Part shown: piece after piece, positions 60,896 to 62,624 of the stretch
Layout of the letters: the number at the start of each line of letters is the position of its first letter
How positions within the stretch are numbered: position 1 is the stretch's first letter
From: Octopus bimaculoides
Lineage: Eukaryota
Assembly: GCF_001194135.2 (NCBI RefSeq)
Contig: NC_068990.1
Coordinates: 74,866,445 to 74,929,068 of the forward strand
Length of the DNA stretch: 62,624 bases
Direction of reading: 5' to 3'
Program-made: the position numbers and the translations under genes
The notes under the pieces: model-generated
Database searches by the model: none
Seen by the model: only the letters and a program-made list of their open reading frames with translations
Told to the model about the DNA's origin: nothing

Positions 60896-62108
60896 CAAAT
60901 TCAAAACAATGTGAATAAATAAGCATCATGGTTGACAGAGTGTTCCGAATGCCAAAGGGTTAGACATGCATTTTATCTGTATCTGTCTAAACACCTCAAA
61001 TTCAATAAATTTAAGGCCCAAAGAATAAGATGGTGTAAAATACAAAAACATAAATAAAACCAGCAAAACTTTTTGGGTTTTAAAAGAAAAGATATTTCAG
61101 AAAAATATTTCTTTTTGCAAAAAAAACCCAAAAAGTAATTTGCAAAAAGAAAAAACAATTTCAGCATATGTGCTACCAAAGAGTATACAGCTCTATTTCT
61201 TCTTCCTCACCTAACAGGAAAAACAAAAATAAACACACACACATACACATATATATATATACACACATTCATATATATATATATACGTGTGTGTGTATAT
61301 ACACATTATATAGAACATATAACATATATGAACAAAAAAATAGTGAGAACAAAATCTTTAGTGACAGTTGAAACAGAAAATTAGAAACAGCAAAACAATA
61401 TTAAATTTAGCACACTAACAACATTATTCATATCTACCTATCCAATACACACACACATGCATGCACATACACAAAGTAGGGCATTTCAAATACAGTAAGC
61501 TAGATAACTTAGCAATGGTCAGGTTACAATTTCAGGCACCAATATTGGAACTCTAAACGTTTTATCATCCTGCTTCATCCCCCTTCCCCTTCTATTGCCG
61601 CCATCACCTCCGCTGCCATCTGTTTCTCCTCTTAAATTTTAAAATGACACATGAATCGATCGATTGTTTCTCCACCTATTTTGCATTTTCAGTTGTTTTT
61701 CAGGGGGTTTTGTAATAGCTATTTTTTTGTTTTTGCAGTTCTTGTTGTTCCATTATTACAAATTCCAATAAGAATGATTATAATTGTAAAACAGAGAAAA
61801 TGAAAGAGGACCATTTTTGCTGCCAAAAGAAAACGAAAAGGGAGTAAATAAATATATAAATAAAAGGAATATTCCAAGCCTGCTAGAAGAGTTCATTTCA
61901 TGTTTTAGCTTTCACTTCTATTATTTTTAAATTCCAAACAGCCATAAATAATAGCTGTATTTAAAAATGTTTTTTACTATTGTAAATATTTCAGACAATT
62001 CACTGAGAGATAATTACAGTTTTAGATGAAGACATATGACAAAAAAAAAGGCACTAAAATAATGCCATCAGTTGCACTAATAATTATCAGTGTGTATATA
62101 TGAATATG

Positions 62109-62112
<4 letters not shown>

Positions 62113-62167
<55 letters not shown>
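62113..62167. repeat. (TG)n microsatellite
   Basis: Seen directly. Confidence 0.95.
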
Positions 62168-62170
<3 letters not shown>

Positions 62171-62624
62171 CACTTAGCACCACACACACTGGTGGGGTTC
62201 TTCTGTCATACGAGTTACAAGGTAACCTTACTAATGCTGGTACCATGATAAAATGCATGCAGTACATTATGTAAAGTGGTTGGCAAGTTGAGCCGAGATG
62301 ACATAGGGTCAAGCAGACTCTAGTTTTGCTAAGGGCATGACAACATCTTTAGTGCTGGTACTCAGATAAAATGCACTGATTACACTCTGCAATGGGGTTG
62401 GTATAAAAAGGAAAGAGCTGGTGTTGTTGAACCCATGCTAAAACTATGACATCCATGTGAAGAAACATGGTCTTCTGGCCCATCCAAGAGATCAATAACT
62501 CCAGCTAAGTATCAACTTGAACAGCGATGCATCATCTAACCCATGCTAGCATGGGAAATAGACACTCATATAAATGAGCAGAAGATTCATTTGAAATCTT
62601 TTTTTTTTTTTTTTTTTTTTTTTT

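Overview
AT-rich, microsatellite- and gap-riddled animal genomic DNA. The repeat families look like those of Octopus (inference from recognition of the repeats, not a database search). It appears to be mostly intronic. Only one convincing coding exon is present: minus strand 25811-25543, a Lys/Glu/Arg-rich coiled-coil-like segment; I cannot name the gene. Five weaker, phase-compatible candidate exons are also noted. Much of the rest is transposon debris. There are four SINE types, with my own working labels: SINE-K (tRNA head, TGACTGAAACAAGTAAAAGA-type tail), SINE-N (Nin/Deu-like core, (ATT)n tail), SINE-R (RTE-type (GAT)n tail) and SINE-M (tRNA head, Meta/V-like core). There are also TTAA-flanked piggyBac-type MITEs (MITE-A, MITE-B and a fold-back MITE), pogo/Tigger-like MITE pieces, and relics of mariner, piggyBac, RTE and R4/Dong coding sequence. 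The most unusual structures are: a perfect 40-bp inverted repeat (40243-40282/41431-41470) overlapping a decayed unidentified reading frame; a TTAA-flanked 142-bp fold-back element (57632-57773); an approximately 15-unit stem-loop minisatellite grown from a SINE motif (60521-60895); snap-back hairpins at two SINE truncation junctions; and a (TAA)n insertion hotspot. There are no prokaryotic features (no CRISPR, rRNA or true tRNA genes). Most ORF-track entries are spurious microsatellite, SINE or N-gap ORFs. Repeat boundaries are approximate unless exact junction sequences are quoted.
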